Notes: generated by a model from the sequence alone, not told the origin. 64,000 nt of DNA from an uncultured virus (IMG/VR IMGVR_UViG_3300029953_000002) (IMGVR_UViG_3300029953_000002); one strand, 5' to 3'. Shown: positions 31,606-41,744, counted from the stretch's first letter. Translations and numbers: made by a program.

Positions 31606-32055
31606 TTAACCTCTTAATGCAATAATGGCGTCCATTGCGCTACTAGCCAGAATAAGTATTTCTTCTTTATTTTCATTCAAGAAGTTATATTGTTCTGGAG
31701 ACACAAATACTTCCACACTAGACACACTGTCAAAGAAGCTATACGAGAGCGTATAACATGGACGGCTAGTAGGATGTGCGGCTGTATACCGAATCATCCA
31801 AAACGCTCTAGCAAACTCTACAGCAGCCTTACAATCGAATACAGTGTTCTCGTTAAATAGAGAAATAGTCGTACGTACTTCAGGAAGAATAATTGAATTA
31901 AAATGATTAGCGGGGCTTTCTACTTCTGTTGAAGGGATCGCAGATAAATACGAAGCACCTTGACCAATAGCAGCAGCAAGTATTTTTGAACGTAGTGAGG
32001 AATCTCGAATCGTACTGTCGACTGTACGGGAAAACTCAGTAAATATAATATTCAT
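31606..32055 (-). CDS. Virion protein, phiKZ gp85-like
   Basis: 149 aa; FNENTVFD and FWMIRY motifs; synteny. Confidence 0.5.
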   Translation of the reverse strand: MNIIFTEFSRTVDSTIRDSSLRSKILAAAIGQGASYLSAIPSTEVESPANHFNSIILPEVRTTISLFNENTVFDCKAAVEFARAFWMIRYTAAHPTSRPCYTLSYSFFDSVSSVEVFVSPEQYNFLNENKEEILILASSAMDAIIALRG

Positions 32056-32088
32056 TTTTTATCCTGATAAATTTAAAGTGTGTTCGTG

Positions 32089-33375
32089 TTATTTACTTAG
32101 TTGACGGAGTTCAGCCGCTTTAACGTAAAGATCGCTAACAGCTATTGCTTCTAATTCATTTTGTAACATGACTGTGTTTCTATAGTTACGAGAAGTTGGA
32201 TTGACAAAATCACTTAATACACCAAACCACTGACGTTTACTATTCACTGTTTTAAGAACAGCATCGATAGCGTCTAAATCAGCTAACATACGTTCACTGT
32301 CACCAGGTAATAGTGATTTATCTTTCAATCCATATACAATCTGATTACGTATTTTCTTGAAACGTATATCGACTGTGTCGTAGATATAACCAGTTGTCAC
32401 GGCTAATGAATCCGCTCCAATCATTGACATAGCAATAATTAAAGTAAGGCCAAGTGTAAAGGGAGCAGCTGCAATCAATGCTACTTTTAAAGCTTCCATC
32501 CACAGATACGCTGGCGTAGAACGGAAAGATATATGACCGGAGCCTTCATAAAGTTTACTTAATCCAGTAACCGCATAACGCCCAGCACCATTACGTGCGG
32601 CGTATTGATCCGCTAGCATTTCACATGTAGTCATGTCGTAAACATTACTACCTAGTTCAGAAACAGTTTCTTTAACTACGTTTGTAATAACAACAATTTC
32701 TGCTATTTTAGTATTATTTTTAACAGCTAGTTCTTTTTCATCAAGATCAGATAAATGTAATGCTTTCTTTACTGATAGTAAAACAGCTTCACGTTGATCG
32801 CTGCCAACAGAACCATCTAGAGCCTTACTCATTTCAGCTAAGACTTGGTTTGTTGTAACACTTCGTGTCATGAATTCAAAATAAGTAAATACATGACCAA
32901 GTTCATGTAAAAGAATAGCAGCGCTTTCCTCTGGGTCGTATTTCTTTGAACGAAGTAATTCTAAAGGGTAATAGACATCTGAAACATAGTCTGTCCATAC
33001 GCCAGTAACTTTACCAGTCTTAATATTTACTGTTCCTTTTACAATACCACCAGCATCCTCAATACGGCGTTTTCCATCTGCACTGGAAAGATAGTCTTTG
33101 TAGAAAGATGTAATTAGAATATTGTTTTTATCTGTATCCGGAACATTAACACATGGTCCGATCATGCCAATGACTAAGTTTATTGTTAAGCCTGTGTAAT
33201 GTTTAACAATCTTACTAATTAGCGTATCTGCTTCTTGAGTTTCAAGTTCCTTATCGCTCATATCGCGAAGATGCTTAAAACATGCTGTGAGTTCTTCAAA
33301 GAAACGAGTGCTCTGAAAATTAATAGATTCTGTTGCAATTTCTTCATTAACTAATTTAACTTGTGCGCGACGCAT
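32089..33375 (-). CDS. Virion protein with Zn-metalloprotease (M48-like) motifs, phiKZ gp84-like
   Basis: AILLHELGH (HExxH), EMLADQYA, hydrophobic helix, N-terminal IATES processing motif. Confidence 0.6.
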   Translation of the reverse strand: MRRAQVKLVNEEIATESINFQSTRFFEELTACFKHLRDMSDKELETQEADTLISKIVKHYTGLTINLVIGMIGPCVNVPDTDKNNILITSFYKDYLSSADGKRRIEDAGGIVKGTVNIKTGKVTGVWTDYVSDVYYPLELLRSKKYDPEESAAILLHELGHVFTYFEFMTRSVTTNQVLAEMSKALDGSVGSDQREAVLLSVKKALHLSDLDEKELAVKNNTKIAEIVVITNVVKETVSELGSNVYDMTTCEMLADQYAARNGAGRYAVTGLSKLYEGSGHISFRSTPAYLWMEALKVALIAAAPFTLGLTLIIAMSMIGADSLAVTTGYIYDTVDIRFKKIRNQIVYGLKDKSLLPGDSERMLADLDAIDAVLKTVNSKRQWFGVLSDFVNPTSRNYRNTVMLQNELEAIAVSDLYVKAAELRQLSK

Positions 33376-33498
33376 AATGAAATCCTTTTTTTATCTACTG
33401 CGTTAATTTTTTGATGAACACCACAATAAGAAGATAAAATATAGCGTGTTTAATCATAAAGATTATGCTTGATTCTAAATTACAACAATGGACACTTT

Positions 33499-34953
33499 AT
33501 GGCTGATAAGAAGGTGATAGGTAGGGAATGTAAGTTCGTAGTATATATCCCGCCTCCAAATGATAGAAGTGTAGATAAACACTGTATTAAAGAAGTGGTT
33601 CATTATGATGACGGAACAACAGAACCCACCATTCGTATTATTGACAATTACAAACGTGATTTTTACATAACTAAAAAAGGATTTCAAAAACACAACGATA
33701 AGAAGGAATGGGATGAACTTGATCGGATGAATAAATATCAATCAAGAGAATGTGATTTAATGAAAAATGTTTGTAGAGCAATTGACTTTCCAAACTTTAA
33801 AGGTAACATGAAAAAACTGTGTCGTAATCCTTATATTTACGGCACTGATATTCTCTCTACAGCGATTATCAAACATTCGTATATGGAGAAGTATCCAGAA
33901 TGCATAACGCCTTACACTGAATGCACGTACGACATTGAAACAGACATGATAGAAGGTCATAAACACATCATCATGGCCACGGTTTCATTTGGGAAGAGAG
34001 TATTCACAGCTGTTCATAAAGAGTTCATTGGCGACCGTATGGACGTCATTAAACGACTACATGAAAAGCTACATAAATATCTTGGTAGGTTCATAGAAGA
34101 ACGCCAAATTGAATGGGAAGTAAAACTTGTTGATACAGAAGGTGAAGTGGTAACTGAGTGTTTTAAGAAAATACATGAATGGAGACCAGACTTCCTTGCT
34201 ATCTGGAACATGAACTTTGACATACCACAAACACTAGAAGCATTAAAGAGAGCTAACATACGCCCTGAAGATGTATTCTCCGACCCTAGTATACCTTTCG
34301 CCTATCGTTTCTTTAATTATAAAGAAGGTGATGATGTTAAGCATAACTCTGACGGCACTACTAAACCATTAGGTTTTGCTGAGCGTTGGCATAGTGTGTT
34401 TTGCCCTAGTAGCTTCTATGTCATTGACCCGATGTGTGTGTATCGTCAATTACGTAACGGTAGCCAAGAAGAATCTTCTTATGCACTAGATGCTATCTTA
34501 GATAAAGAATTTGCAGACAAACCAGATATTCGTAAACTGAAATTCAAAGAAGCAGAAGGTTTTGAAAAAGGTGAATGGCATTCATTAATGCAAGCAAATT
34601 ATAAATTGGAATATGTTATCTATAACGTATTTGACTGTGTGTCAATGGAAATCTTAGATGAAAAGATTAACGACATACGCAGTGGTTTCCCGATGCAATG
34701 TGAATGGTCTGATTTTAAAACATTCAAGTCTCAACCTAAACGTTTAGCTGATCTATTACACTTCTTTGCTTTGAAAAGAGGTAAAGTAATGGCTTCTGTT
34801 TCTGATCAAATGACAAATGAATTAGATCTAGAAACGACAAGTATACGCGGGTGGATAACGACATTACCTGCACATTTAGTAGTAGAGAATGGTTTACGTT
34901 GTATTATTGAGAACCAATGGGTAAACACAAATATTAGGGTTCATGTAGCTGAT
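33499..34953 (+). CDS. Family B DNA polymerase N-terminal/exonuclease subunit, exon 1 (phiKZ gp82-like)
   Basis: Exo motifs YDIETD, WNMNFDIP, YNVFDC; SYALDAIL; ends ...RVHVAD at the intron 5' splice site. Confidence 0.8.
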
Positions 34954-36671
34954 TAACAAAGATTAATAAAGTACCACCATTATATGTAGTTAACAACATA
35001 TTTGGAGGTTCTGTGTTTAAAGAAGAACAATATTTACCATACAGCAATGCTAGGTATACAGTAAATCAATATGGGAATGTGTTTGAAAGTTACGGAACAC
35101 AACTTCAAACATATGAAATAGATAATCGAGTTTATGTAGATATTGACTGGATAGAAGGAAAGAAAGCATATCCAGTGGCATTATTAGTTTTAGCTAGTTT
35201 CGACATGTTGTATATGTTTCCATCTCATCTTTATTCAAAAGTAGAATTAATGTTTAAAGATGGAATAGAAAAGAATCTTAGTCCTTCTAATTTAGTCTAT
35301 CGTTTTAAAGATGGACCTATTGAAGTTGAAGGATATCCTGGATTTTATTACATACCGTTTTATACCGGTTACGCTATTAATATCAATGGTGATTTAATTA
35401 ATATTAATAGAGGTAAAATTTTAACTTGGTATAGCCAAAAAAGTAATGGTATTAATAATCGAAAAGGTGGATACTTATACCACACTAAAGTTAAAAATGG
35501 AAAAACTAGTATTTTACTTAAACATCGCGCTATGTGTTTTGTTTTTAAAATATATAACAGTAATGTAAAAGAAATTACAGTTAATCATAGGGATTGCGAT
35601 CCTACTAATAACAAACTCGATAATCTAGAATGGTCTACCTATAGTGAGAATAACATTCACGCTATAGAAAATGGTCTTAGGGCTAGTAGATCTCGTGCTG
35701 TATTAATGCGTAATCTAAAAACAGGTGAGATAAAAAGATACCCTACAATCACACAATGTTCACGTGATATAGGGCAACCACATACTGGTCTAGTCAGACA
35801 TAGATTAGACAGTGAACATTCTATTAATAGAGTGTACCCTGACTTCTTACAGTTTAAATACGACGACGGTGTAGCTTGGCCAGAGATCGATTTAAATAAA
35901 GTAAAGATTACGTATAGTACTGATAGTACTGATATCATTGCTAGAAATGTTTTCACTGGCGAATGTATTATTTTTACCGGAGCACAAAATGGTAAAAAAT
36001 CCACCGGTGTAGAACCTTCACAAATTTCCCGACATTTACGTGATAATTGTCAAATACCTATAATCGGCTGGAATTTTCAATATTTAAAATGTTTAGGTCC
36101 ATGGCCAAACCATACCCATAGGCATTTACAAATATATGAAAAACATCCATTACATCCAAGAAATGGTCTTATATTAACCAAAATCGATACAGGTGAAGAA
36201 ATGTTCTTTACTAGTGTAAGAGAAGGTTCTGAAGCTCTTGGAATTGATATGCGTAATTTACAAGTAGCGGCTTCCAAGGGTGGGAAATATGGTAAGTACA
36301 TTCTTAAAACTTTTAAACTTGAAGAAAATCTAGGTCAGCCTATAGAGTAATCTATAGAAAAATAATCATCTAATTGCTGGAACCTCTCGTAAGACTAATC
36401 AACTAAAGCGGATAGTGAAAACTAATACGTCAATGTTTGAAAATGATTAGGTAGAGACAATCAGCAGCTAAGACTCTAAACTCGAAAGAGCATGAGTAAA
36501 GTTCAACGACTATCGCGTAAGCGAGTAGGAATCAAGTGATTCCGAAACGGTGATCCCCAGACAATAAGAAGTTATTGTCTGGGTGAAGATATAGTCTGCT
36601 CTATATGGCGACATATAGCTGTATTACTTTAATACAGATAACATAATTACGATATGTTATGAACAGAAGTG
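34954..36671 (+). ncRNA. Group I self-splicing intron (IA2-like) containing an HNH endonuclease gene
   Basis: P aattgctggaa (36372), Q aatcagcag (36459), R gttcaacgacta (36501), S aagatatagtc (36586). Exon 1 ends in U and the intron ends in G. IGS at 36328-36339. Splicing gives HVAD|LDVSASYPN. Confidence 0.9.
35013..36350 (+). CDS. Intron-encoded HNH homing endonuclease
   Basis: VNHRDCDPTNNKLDNLEWSTYSENNIHA; C-terminal NUMOD1/HTH-like repeats; GGAGG RBS before GTG. Confidence 0.85.
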   Translation: MFKEEQYLPYSNARYTVNQYGNVFESYGTQLQTYEIDNRVYVDIDWIEGKKAYPVALLVLASFDMLYMFPSHLYSKVELMFKDGIEKNLSPSNLVYRFKDGPIEVEGYPGFYYIPFYTGYAININGDLININRGKILTWYSQKSNGINNRKGGYLYHTKVKNGKTSILLKHRAMCFVFKIYNSNVKEITVNHRDCDPTNNKLDNLEWSTYSENNIHAIENGLRASRSRAVLMRNLKTGEIKRYPTITQCSRDIGQPHTGLVRHRLDSEHSINRVYPDFLQFKYDDGVAWPEIDLNKVKITYSTDSTDIIARNVFTGECIIFTGAQNGKKSTGVEPSQISRHLRDNCQIPIIGWNFQYLKCLGPWPNHTHRHLQIYEKHPLHPRNGLILTKIDTGEEMFFTSVREGSEALGIDMRNLQVAASKGGKYGKYILKTFKLEENLGQPIE

Positions 36672-36920
36672 TTAGATGTCAGTGCAAGTTACCCAAATGG
36701 CGGAGCAGCCTTCAATATTTCGAAAGAAACAACGCATAAAGAACTAACTAGTATTGTTGGTGTACCTGTACGGGCACAGAGAATGAGCACTATAAATTTA
36801 TCTTCAGGTCACACTAATGCTGTTGAAATTTGTAATAAACTATACGGCATGCCTGCAATGGAAACATTGCTACAAGCATTTATACGTAGTGAGAAAGAAA
36901 AGACGGTAGAACATGCCTAA
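36672..36920 (+). CDS. Family B DNA polymerase subunit, exon 2 (motif A)
   Basis: LDVSASYPN matches PolB motif A DxxSxYP; NISKET follows. Confidence 0.8.
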   Translation, partial: LDVSASYPNGGAAFNISKETTHKELTSIVGVPVRAQRMSTINLSSGHTNAVEICNKLYGMPAMETLLQAFIRSEKEKTVEHA

Positions 36921-37062
36921 ACCTGACTCTTATTTTTATCTACGACTGCGATACAAAGCAGCGATGATGGTAGCGAAGAATTGGAGATTGAGAAAACGTT
37001 TACCTAGGTTAACTGTGTACGCTCGTAAAGTAGGGTTGATTGGTAAAAATGATTTAATGTAA
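36913..37062 (+). CDS. Small basic hypothetical protein (49 aa)
   Basis: Hand translation MPKPDSYFYLRLRYKAAMM...; overlaps the upstream stop; followed by a terminator. Confidence 0.3.
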   Translation: MPKPDSYFYLRLRYKAAMMVAKNWRLRKRLPRLTVYARKVGLIGKNDLM

Positions 37063-37080
37063 CAAAAAAATAGTCACATT

Positions 37081-37108
37081 GCCCAGAGGAAATCCTCTGG
37101 GCTTTATG
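37081..37108. terminator. Bidirectional hairpin terminator
   Basis: gcccagagg-aaat-cctctgggc-tttatg. Confidence 0.65.
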
Positions 37109-37111
37109 ATG

Positions 37112-37315
37112 TTAGCCCCGTTCTTTTTCTTTTTCTTTTAATACTTTTTCAAGACATTCGAAACAAATACCCGATACCTCACCGGTTTATGTTGGCATAT
37201 TTACAATTGCGTCCTTACCACGAGTTTGATCCATAATCCAATCAAACCAGTGCACATTTGGAGGACAATCTTTTACATTTGCTTTCTTTCCACAATAGTC
37301 GCAGGTAATGCTCAT
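37112..37315 (-). pseudogene. Small Zn-finger protein interrupted by an in-frame TAA
   Basis: MSITCDYCGK...NMPT*TGEVSGICFECLEK; the two CxxC pairs lie on either side of the stop at 37187-37189. Confidence 0.55.
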
Positions 37316-37500
37316 TTCATTTCTCCTTATTTATAGCTTTAGAAAACTCACCGTCTTTATCTTCTATCAGACGATCGAGTTCAGTTTTTTCAATCGATAA
37401 CATGTCTTGTGTCACAACGAACCATAACAAAACCCTTATCGATAATTTCTTGTATCTGTTGTGGTGAAAGTTGAACAAATTGTTGTGTCATGTTGTTCTC

Positions 37501-37965
37501 CTATAAAGTATATACAGTTGGTGTATGTTCCCAAACACGTGCGATGGAGCCACGAGGTTCACCTGTAAGGTTTGTCAGACTAATATGGAAGACACGTGCT
37601 GGGTCAAATACACAACGTTCGCCATCAAAGCAGGTATTCTCGATATCGGTTATGTATTTCAACAAATCGTTTTTGCAAGCATCAGTCACTTCGATGTACG
37701 AAGATGATTTGTCTTCACGCGTAACTACTTTTATTTCACGGCATAACTCAATCATGCCGTGGAACGACGGCACAGGGTTAGTGTGGTTACGATTTGGCGA
37801 AACACCCAGAGTTATGTGAAGGTCATTTAGCGTAACGTGGCCAGGATGATTTTCCACTATCCATTTCTGCAATAGAAAGAGATAAACATTGTTCTGTATT
37901 ACTAAGGAGAGATACTCTCCGTTATCTATGCAAGTATCTACACAAGCGATGATGCCCATTTTCAT
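37501..37965 (-). CDS. 2H phosphoesterase family protein
   Basis: Two Hx(T/S) motifs: LHITLG and FHISLT. Confidence 0.65.
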   Translation of the reverse strand: MKMGIIACVDTCIDNGEYLSLVIQNNVYLFLLQKWIVENHPGHVTLNDLHITLGVSPNRNHTNPVPSFHGMIELCREIKVVTREDKSSSYIEVTDACKNDLLKYITDIENTCFDGERCVFDPARVFHISLTNLTGEPRGSIARVWEHTPTVYTL

Positions 37966-38055
37966 GGTAATCTCCTATTAAGTTAATTTATAAAAAGCAC
38001 ATTCACAAACAGTAACTCCTATACTAGTTTGTGAATTACTCTTTGAGTTAAGTCG

Positions 38056-38256
38056 CTAAGTTTTTATTAATAAAATAGCTACATAAACAAGATAACCAAC
38101 ACCGGCAATTACGCCAAGCACAGCGGCAGCACTGCCAACCAAATTAACTTTTGTGTATTTATAAGGATTCCCACTTCTTGCCATCATTGTGAAAATACCC
38201 ATGTAAATGGCATACAAAATGAATAAGCCAGTTATATGCTTTATTGTCGGTTCCAT
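38056..38256 (-). CDS. Small two-TM membrane protein
   Basis: Two hydrophobic segments; AAGGA RBS. Confidence 0.5.
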   Translation of the reverse strand: MEPTIKHITGLFILYAIYMGIFTMMARSGNPYKYTKVNLVGSAAAVLGVIAGVGYLVYVAILLIKT

Positions 38257-38355
38257 TTCTTTTTTCCTTTATTTGACTTTATCAAAGCTAACAACGGCGT
38301 TACGTGGCATGTTGTAAAAATTACTTTTGAACCGATGCGAGCTTGTGATTTACTT

Positions 38356-38685
38356 TTAACCGATCATCATGAACAGAGCTTTAATCCAAACAGAGTTTTT
38401 GAGGCGGAGTTTAATAATTAAAGCATCACCGCGCCATAGATGTTCTTTGTTTTCACAACGTAAATCTATGGCGACTTCATCCTGAAGATCAGTACTTGCC
38501 AAACGTTCGACATGCCAACCAGCACGAAGATTCGCCCACAGATCACTATTTGTTACAACAGCGGCTGCGATCTGAATCAAATCTTCTTTAACACTGGGTG
38601 GTATAATATTTTCTACATCGTTATTTCCAAACCTTTTATCGCCGAGATAGTATTCGGCAGCAGGCCAGTTCATTGTAATCGACAT
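38356..38685 (-). CDS. Hypothetical protein
   Basis: AGGAG RBS; 109 aa; resembles the next gene (QIAAAVV...W vs EIAAATA...W). Confidence 0.55.
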   Translation of the reverse strand: MSITMNWPAAEYYLGDKRFGNNDVENIIPPSVKEDLIQIAAAVVTNSDLWANLRAGWHVERLASTDLQDEVAIDLRCENKEHLWRGDALIIKLRLKNSVWIKALFMMIG

Positions 38686-38714
38686 GTTAATTCTCCTATT
38701 GACTAAGTTGGATG

Positions 38715-39065
38715 TTATGTTTTACAAGCTAACGCTTTAACCAAAGCGGCATGCCAAGCTTCTATCGTTATTACGATAGTTGTTTTTATTGGATCTTCCA
38801 GTCCAAAGAAAATAGAATTTTTCTTATCGACAATTTCTATTTCAATGAATCGTTGAGATTCTTCCGTAGGAGATTCTTCTATCTTAGCGATGCTCCACTC
38901 AGACCAACACCCGTTGCTAACAGCAGTAGCCGCAGCTATCTCTGTCATATTCTTTTCTGCGTATATCAGTTTCTTTTCTTTTTCGAGATCTGACATTTGG
39001 TCAAACAGATCAAGATAACCAACACAGTATCGCCTTGAATAGTCATTACCGAATTTAATAGACAT
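38715..39065 (-). CDS. Hypothetical protein
   Basis: AAGGAG RBS; 116 aa. Confidence 0.55.
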   Translation of the reverse strand: MSIKFGNDYSRRYCVGYLDLFDQMSDLEKEKKLIYAEKNMTEIAAATAVSNGCWSEWSIAKIEESPTEESQRFIEIEIVDKKNSIFFGLEDPIKTTIVITIEAWHAALVKALACKT

Positions 39066-39123
39066 TTTATTCTCCTTTATTTAAAATAAAAAAAGAGAGG
39101 AAATTAATCCTCTCCTTCTTAAA

Positions 39124-40032
39124 TTAAAGTTGTTTTATTTCTTCACTAAAACCAGCTAGCGTTTTAGCACGAACGCGTTCACCCAAATCCCGATCATCAA
39201 AACGTTTTGTCTTATTACTAGGTCCGGCACCGAACATGTCGTTAGATACAACAAACCCATCGATAATTCCGGCTTTTGCAGCCAGCAATATTTCATTCAA
39301 TGACCAGCTATATTACCCATTGACAGGGTTCCGAACTTCATGCACTTTGCCGAGTTGCGCTGCAAGTTTGATTTCATCTTCAATGTTATTGAAAACGATT
39401 GGTTCATTGTGATAATGCTTCCAAATATTACCACGCTTAACCAGCGTCAGTTCGCTCTCGCAAATTGCTTGTGAGTAACACTGACCTTCGTTCGAAGTGA
39501 TTTGATAAAATGGGTAAGGGGAACCGTCGCTGCGTGTTGACGCAATATTGTGATAGCTAATATCGCGAATAATGCTAAGAAGACCTTCTCCTTCCCAAAT
39601 AGGGATATGCTCGGGAATGTGCATCGTTTCTTTGAAAACAGCTTTGACGATATCCCCTTCCCAAAATTTAAGTTTTGGTAGATCGCTAAATAGAATAGAG
39701 TCAGCAGACGAGTCTAGCCCACTATCTCGATATTCTTGCATCCGAATATCTTTTATAGTAGGATCGACAAAAACGAGTTCATGTCCATCGAAATAATCGT
39801 CAGTGCCATCTTAAAACTTAACACGCGGCATACCGTTGCTATGGTATACTCCTGGTTTTCTGAAACCGTTTACACGGCTTTTATATGAAATCACTTCACG
39901 AAAACCGACGATCTTACCGCGTGTACCGTTTGGTAGCTTAGTGCAATTGCCGTATGCCCGGCGTTCATCATCGATTTGAATTTCGACTTCATCGCCAATG
40001 CGCATAAACGTATTGGATATAATCTTTTCCAC
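39124..40032 (-). pseudogene. Single ~300-codon gene broken by two in-frame TAA codons
   Basis: 39811..40032, 39313..39741 and an unannotated tail share one frame: MPRVKF*DGTDDYF... and NPVNG*YSWSLNEILL...KTLAGF. Confidence 0.65.
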
Positions 40033-40053
40033 TTTTATTTCCTTTTAGAGTTA

Positions 40054-40284
40054 TTACATCAATGTTACCATCTTTTGCTTGGTAAATAAAGTAACACGAA
40101 AAATTGGGTAATCAATCAGTTCATCTGGATCAGTGATCTTGAACCCATTGATGGAAAGTACGCTATTTTTAATCCAGCGTTTTAACTCACCATTCGATGC
40201 TGTTCCAGTCTTTAAACCTTCACGAGTTTGAAACATACACGTCTCGTGCAGATTCTTCAGATATTCATAGGCATTCATCGCCAT
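40054..40284 (-). CDS. Small S4-like RNA-binding-domain protein
   Basis: SNGELKRWIKNSVLSING resembles the S4 motif SxSEARRLIxxGxVxING. Confidence 0.5.
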   Translation of the reverse strand: MAMNAYEYLKNLHETCMFQTREGLKTGTASNGELKRWIKNSVLSINGFKITDPDELIDYPIFRVTLFTKQKMVTLM

Positions 40285-40296
40285 GATAGCTCTCCT

Positions 40297-40551
40297 TTAC
40301 TCTGGTGTATTGGTTATAATGACAGCATCAATATACCAATCGTGGCCATTAAGTTTAGCGGCTACTTTAGTATGTTTGATTCGCGTTTCGATGATTCGGC
40401 GATACTGCATTTTGACTAACCTCAAACATAAAGCATCGCTTGTGCAACCATCTTTCCAAATTTTACACTTGAATTCTTCAGTCGGAAGTAAGGATTTTTT
40501 CGTATATCGTTCCATTACTTCCGCCAAAGCTACTACGTTATGAAACGACAT
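40297..40551 (-). CDS. Hypothetical protein
   Basis: Probable start MSFHNVV behind GAGG, within track ORF 40297..40599. Confidence 0.45.
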   Translation of the reverse strand: MSFHNVVALAEVMERYTKKSLLPTEEFKCKIWKDGCTSDALCLRLVKMQYRRIIETRIKHTKVAAKLNGHDWYIDAVIITNTPE

Positions 40552-40558
40552 ATTGCCT

Positions 40559-41152
40559 CTAAAAAGTAAATTCACCACAGAGTGTTTTGATAGCATCATT
40601 GTGCCACTTCACATGGTGCTCCCAGTCTTTCTTTACATCATCCAACAAAAGACCAGGACCGCCACCAACGGCTACTTGCATTGCCCAATACTGACGCTGT
40701 GTCATTGGTTGTTTGCAGATCGATTTGAACGGAACACCAAATGGCATTTGAGGTACAGTAACGTCATCTGCACAACGATCCCAGTCAATATATGGCAAAT
40801 GATTGCCATGTAGTAATGAAAAAACAATGATCTCAGGTATCTGATTGTTTATCATCCCAAATATTTCAGGAGGCAAAGTCCCGACGATTTCTGTGTCTTT
40901 ATAGATGTCTCTGGAAGTTACTTTAATACTGACGTTCTTAACTTTACCCCAAGTGAGTTCGTCGGTATAGTTCGCTGGTGTTAACAACAACTCTACTGAT
41001 TTTACCCAAGTAGGGATACTATGTTCTTTTGCTAAAGCAGCAGTTCCGTTCGATTGATGATACAAGACACGATACCAGCTACCTTGTGTGTAAGCGCCAG
41101 CATTGTATTTATGGATAAGGGCGTTGTTGTTATTAGAGCGAATCTCATTCAT
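40559..41152 (-). CDS. Hypothetical protein
   Basis: AGGAG RBS; 197 aa. Confidence 0.55.
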   Translation of the reverse strand: MNEIRSNNNNALIHKYNAGAYTQGSWYRVLYHQSNGTAALAKEHSIPTWVKSVELLLTPANYTDELTWGKVKNVSIKVTSRDIYKDTEIVGTLPPEIFGMINNQIPEIIVFSLLHGNHLPYIDWDRCADDVTVPQMPFGVPFKSICKQPMTQRQYWAMQVAVGGGPGLLLDDVKKDWEHHVKWHNDAIKTLCGEFTF

Positions 41153-41231
41153 GTCGTTTCTCCTAGTTAATTTGTAGAATAAATATTAATGGGATCTCAT
41201 AAATCCCGTTAATGTATTTATTCTGTTATTT

Positions 41232-41744
41232 CTAATATTCACTGATCGGTGTCCAATCACCAACATCTGTACCAAGTGTTAGATTAACCTCAGTTAAGAA
41301 ATCAGTAATTTCTTTAAGGCACACCTTCCCAAAGTTATCCCTGCTTAGTAAATCATTTTCGGTATGTTGGATAAGCTTTCCAACTTCTTCAATGCGAGCA
41401 CTTCTTAATGCATTTTTTACACGGCTAGTAAAATTACAATCTTAAATTAACATATCAAAGACTGGATTATAGTCATGCTTTTCTAAGCGCTGTTTTCGAC
41501 GCGCTTCTTCTTCCATTCTGCGCGCCTTCATCATTTTACCTACATCTTCCAATGACATAACGGGTTGAAATAAGCAAGCTTCTGCTTTTTGAAGCAGTTC
41601 TTTTATTTCTTCTTCGCGTTCCGTACATTCCGCGTACGTTACACCAGGGACTGACGCATAAGCTGTCATTACATTGCTTAACGCAATCGCTTTGTCTTGA
41701 TAAAATTTAGCTTTTGCAATTAACATTTCTTGTGTGTTGGACAT
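41232..41744 (-). pseudogene. Early protein fused to an RNA polymerase alpha C-terminal domain, interrupted by TAA
   Basis: In frame past the stop at 41442-41444: NPVFDMLI*DCNFTSRVKNALRSARIEEVGKLIQHTENDLLSRDNFGKVCLKEITDFLTEVNLTLGTDVGDWTP, which aligns with bacterial alpha-CTD (LTVRSANCLK...NLGKKSLTEIKDVL...LSLG...NWPP). Confidence 0.75.

Noticed and set aside
37187..41444. Genome-wide TAA stop-codon reassignment
   Set aside because: TAA is the normal stop for most intact genes here, and frameshifts occur in the same region. Decay or error is more likely.
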